Assembly: GCA_051942245.1 (NCBI GenBank)
Contig: JAVECL010000084.1
Coordinates: 1-57,596, forward strand
Length of the DNA stretch: 57,596 nucleotides
Direction: 5' to 3'
From: Trypethelium eluteriae
Taxonomy: Eukaryota
Shown: positions 53,800 through 57,596 of the stretch, piece after piece
Layout of the letters: each line of letters starts with the position of its first letter
Numbering within the stretch: position 1 is the first letter of the stretch
Program-made: the position numbers and the translations under genes
The notes under the pieces: generated by a model
The model's database searches: none
The model's input: only the letters and a program-made list of their open reading frames with translations
Told to the model about the DNA's origin: nothing

Positions 53800-56700
53800 A
53801 TGACGCACCTGTTGAGACCCATCGACTTCACGGTGGGATGGATATCCGCGCTGTCCATCGAGCTGGCGGCGGCACAGGAGATGCTAGACGAGCAGTACGA
53901 AGACCTGCCCCAAGCCATCGACGACACCAACATCTATACTTATGGACGCATTGGTCTGCACAATGTCGTCCTCGCGTGCCTGCCTGCCGGACAGACCGGC
54001 ACCAACTCTGCGGCAGGAGTAGTGATGCAGATGAAGTCCACCTTCCGCGGCATTCGATTCGGATTGATGGTGGGGATTGGAGGCGGCGTGCCAAGCAAGG
54101 ATGCGGACATTCGACTGGGAGACATCGTAATCAGTCAGCCAGGCAGGGGCCATGGTGGGGTTATTCAGTATGACATGGGGAAATCGATACTAGGTGGATT
54201 TACACGAACGGGCTTCCTCGACAGTCCACCTCGCATTCTTTTAAGCGCGGTTGCCAAGCTACGGGCAAATCACGACCGAGGCAAGAGCGATCTCTCTTCC
54301 CACATCTCTAAAATAAACAAGGTACCCAAGTTTGCCCGTGACCGCGCAGGCAGTGATGTACTTTTTGAGGGAATGCACAACCATGTTGGAGGAAACGATT
54401 GCAAGCTATGCGATAATACGCAGCAAGTTCAACGAGAGGTGCGGAAAGAAGACACACCTGAAATTCACTATGGCACGATTGCGTCAGGAAACCAGGTGAT
54501 GAAATATGGGACGGAAAGAGATCAGGTTAGCTCGGAGTTTGGAGGGGTACTCTGCTTTGAGATGGAGGCGGCAGGTCTGATGAACAACTTCCCATGCTTG
54601 GTAATTCGAGGGATCTGCGATTATGCCGACTCACACAAGAACAAGAAATGGCAAGGGTATGCAGCAGGGACAGCGGCAGCGTGTGCGAAAGAGCTGCTGT
54701 CGACGATACCAGCAGTGGATGTTGTCGAGACGCGTTCAGTCGAACCAACAAGAGGACCAATTTATGCAGATGTGACCTACAAAGGTCCCAATACCCATCA
54801 ATGTTGGTATAAAGCGTTTCTTGCTACTCCCTCTCGCTTTGATGTCTTGCTCAGAACACGACTGACACTATACCTTCAGTTCAGGATCTCAGTTTTTTCA
54901 AGACGTCGAACTATGAGTCTTATAAAAACATCAACCCCAAGCGGGTACCAGAGACATGCGCATGGTTTCTAGAACATCCAACGTTTCGAGAATGGAATGC
55001 AAGCCGCCGTAACAATCTCCTCTGGGTTTCTGCTGATCCAGGATGTGGAAAGTCTGTCTTGTCACGGGCCCTGGTTGATGAGATGCTCTTTGGTACAACC
55101 GCGACGACTGTGTGCCACTTCTTCTTTAAAGAAAACGATGAACAGAACAATGCAGCGACAGCCTTGTGTGCGTTGCTTCATCAGTTCTTCTGTGAATGTC
55201 CAAATCTCTTCGATACTTACGCTGCCCCAGCAATCAAGCGATGTGGACTGGCCCTCAAACAAGACTTTGAAGAATTATGGAAGATTTTGAGATCTGCTTC
55301 AAGCGATCCGTCCGCGGGCGAAATCATCTATCTTCTTGATGCGCTTGATGAATGTCAGCAGGCTGATCAGGAAAAGCTCTTCGCAAATCTAGAAGAGTTC
55401 CACCGTCAATCACTGACTGAAGCTGACAGAGAAGCTACATTGAAATTTCTCGTTACCAGTCGCCCATACGATGGCATCGAACGTCGCTTCCGGAGATTGA
55501 CAGCTCGATGTCCAACCATCTGGCTTGCAGGTGAACAGGAATCGGCGAAAATAAGTCGCGAGATCGAGATCGTGGCGGACGCAAGAATAAAGGAAATAGC
55601 ACAGGAACTTGATTTAAGAGAGTCCGCGAGATCTTCGTTGCTTCTTAAACTTTGCGAAATTCCCAACAGAACATATCTCTGGCTGCATTTAACATTGGAC
55701 GAGATAAGAAATGCACTAGGACGCACTGAAAAGAAGTTACAGAAGGTGATAGAGACACTACCACGCACAGTCGAAGAGGCATACGAGAAAATACTATCAA
55801 GATGTAAGAAGACGGAAGCAAAGAGAGTTTTGGAGATTGTTGTTGCAGTGGGGCGCCCTCTAACGTTAGGCGAGATTGATGTTGCATTAGAAATTGGATG
55901 GAGCCAGGATTCTCCCAGATCTTACACGGAACTTGACCTTGAGAACGAAAACAGGAGCAAATGGATCCGAAAAGCGTGTGGATTGTTTGTCAGCATTATA
56001 GACTCTCGTGTTTTCCTGATTCACCAGACAGCTAGAGAGTTTTTGATACGACAAAACGACGAGATTCATAATCGAGTGCAGTGGAAATCCTCGGTTGACC
56101 TTGAAAAGGCACACCAGACACTTTCGACCATCTGCATTACGTATTTACATTTCAAGGAGTTTCAGGGTAGCCCAGTTCCAACTCAAAGAAGAAAACACTA
56201 TGATAAGGGCTTCAGGACGGCTATCAAGCGGTTTACCGAAGAACATCCGTTCCTAGATTATTCCGCAAATTTTTGGACGTACCACGTGCAAGAAGCTCGC
56301 GTGAGGGAGCCCGGATGGATCGCAAACTCAGCAAGACTCTGTGATGTTGACGGCTCTTCATCCTTTTGGTTCCAAATTTACGAAATGTCACACTATCTTC
56401 CATACCGTCACGGGTACATGGAATCTTCTCCATTACGAGCATCGAACCTGTATTGGGCGGCTGTTCTGGGGCTTGAAAGTGAGACCCGATTTCTTCTTGC
56501 TACAGAATCAGACCCAAATGCTCAAGGTGGGTACTATGGCAATGCGCTACAAGCAGCTGCATACGGAGGTCAAGAAGACATTGTAAAAGACTTGCTTAGC
56601 TCAGGAGCAAACATAAATTTGGAAGGTGGCAAATACAATACTGCATTACAAGCCGCTTGCGATCGTGGTCATGCAAGGATAGTAGCAGTCTTTCTGTATG

Positions 56701-57596
56701 TGCTCCTTTCTTACAAGTCATTGATAGATGTTCATGCTAAAAAAGCTTTTAGACTATCATATTCCTCAGCTGCGGAATTACAAGAGCCAGTTACTATCAC
56801 TTCAGAGACTGTAGAAGCAGGTGCAAAGAGCCAGGATAATGGAGATGAGGTCATTGCGCTTCTACTTAACAGAAGAGGACACGAAGTATCAATTACAAAA
56901 GAAGTTCTTGAAGCGGCCGCCGGGAATTGGAAAAGTGGAAAGGAGATTTTAACGCTTTTCTTTGATCGACAAGGAGATGCACTTCCAGTGACAGAAGAGG
57001 TAGTCAAAGCAGCTGCTGCTAATGAACAATCTGGAGTGGAGGTCATGACACTTCTCTTCGACCGATGTGGAGATGCACTTCTAGTGACAGAAGAGGTAGT
57101 CAAAGCAGCTGCTGCTAATGAACAATCTGGAGTGGAGGTCATGACACTTCTCTTCGACCGACGTGGAGATGCACTTCCAGTAACAGAAGAGGTAGTGAAA
57201 GCAGCCGCCGCTAATAGACAATCTGGAGTGCAGATTTTGACACTTCTCTTCGACCGACGTGGAGATGCACTTCCAGTGACAGAAGAGGTAGTCAAAGCAG
57301 CCGCTAATAGTTGGAAAAGTGGAAAGCAGATTTTGACACTTCTCTTCGACCGATGTGGAGATGCACTTCTAGTGACAGAAGAGGTAGTCAAAGCAGCTGC
57401 TAATAATTGGAAAAGTGGAAAGCAGATTTTGACACTTCTCTTCGACCGACGTGGAGATGCACTTCCAGTGACAGAAGAGGTAGTCAAAGCAGCTGCTGCT
57501 AATGAACAATCTGGAGTGGAGGTCATGACACTTCTCTTCGACCGACGTGGAGATGCACTTCCAGTAACAGAAGAGGTAGTGAAAGCAGCCGCCGCT
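53800..57596 (+). CDS. Fungal NLR: PNP_UDP + NACHT + ankyrin + 32-aa helical repeats (intact so far, 3'-partial)
   Basis: Exon 1 53800-54802; intron 54803-54879 (GTTGGT..CTGAC..CAG); exon 2 open to the window end with Walker A WVSADPGCGKS, Walker B LLDALDEC, FLVTSRPY, LIHQTAREFL, ankyrins YGNALQAAAYGG and YNTALQAACDRGH; probable second intron 56696-56752. Confidence 0.93.
56781..57596 (+). repeat. Tandem 96-bp (32-aa) repeats, GDALPVTEEVVKAAAANEQSGVEVMTLLFDRR type
   Basis: ACAGAAGAGG recurs at 56991, 57087, 57183, 57279, 57375, 57471, 57567; two more divergent units precede; array continues past the window. Confidence 0.95.

Noticed and set aside
53800..54972. Stand-alone 390-aa PNP_UDP protein as in the ORF track
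   Set aside because: The ORF reads through intron 54803-54879; splicing joins it in frame to NACHT.
56732..57526. 264-aa minus-strand repeat ORF
   Set aside because: Antisense shadow of the plus-strand 96-bp repeats.

Overview
Filamentous-ascomycete genomic DNA (spliceosomal introns, RIP signature). About 1-52.2 kb is an AT-rich block heavily damaged by repeat-induced point mutation (C>T/G>A), so most ORF-track calls there are artefacts; reading through the mutated codons recovers real genes. Left to right: a DUF3723 pseudogene (a Starship auxiliary family) and several unidentified multi-exon relics; an intact 1.86-kb Fot1/pogo transposon; a Zn(II)2Cys6 factor relic; a KilA-N/APSES-like relic; a ~5.95-kb segment bounded by TA-flanked ~64-bp inverted repeats that holds a whole HeLo-like-NACHT-21xankyrin NLR and no recognisable transposase; a cytochrome P450 pseudogene split by a 6.68-kb Ty3/Gypsy chromovirus; a Tad1-like LINE; and a head-to-head NLR pair. 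The pair is a mutated PNP_UDP-NB-ARC-TPR gene (-) and an intact PNP_UDP-NACHT-ankyrin-32aa-repeat gene (+, running off the window). They share a homologous promoter and effector exon, with a half-mutated Fot1-like transposase gene between them. The strongest candidates for undescribed biology are the inverted-repeat-bounded NLR cassette and the NLR pair with one effector on two different nucleotide-binding/sensor modules. Pseudogene ends are approximate and family calls rest on motifs recognised by eye.
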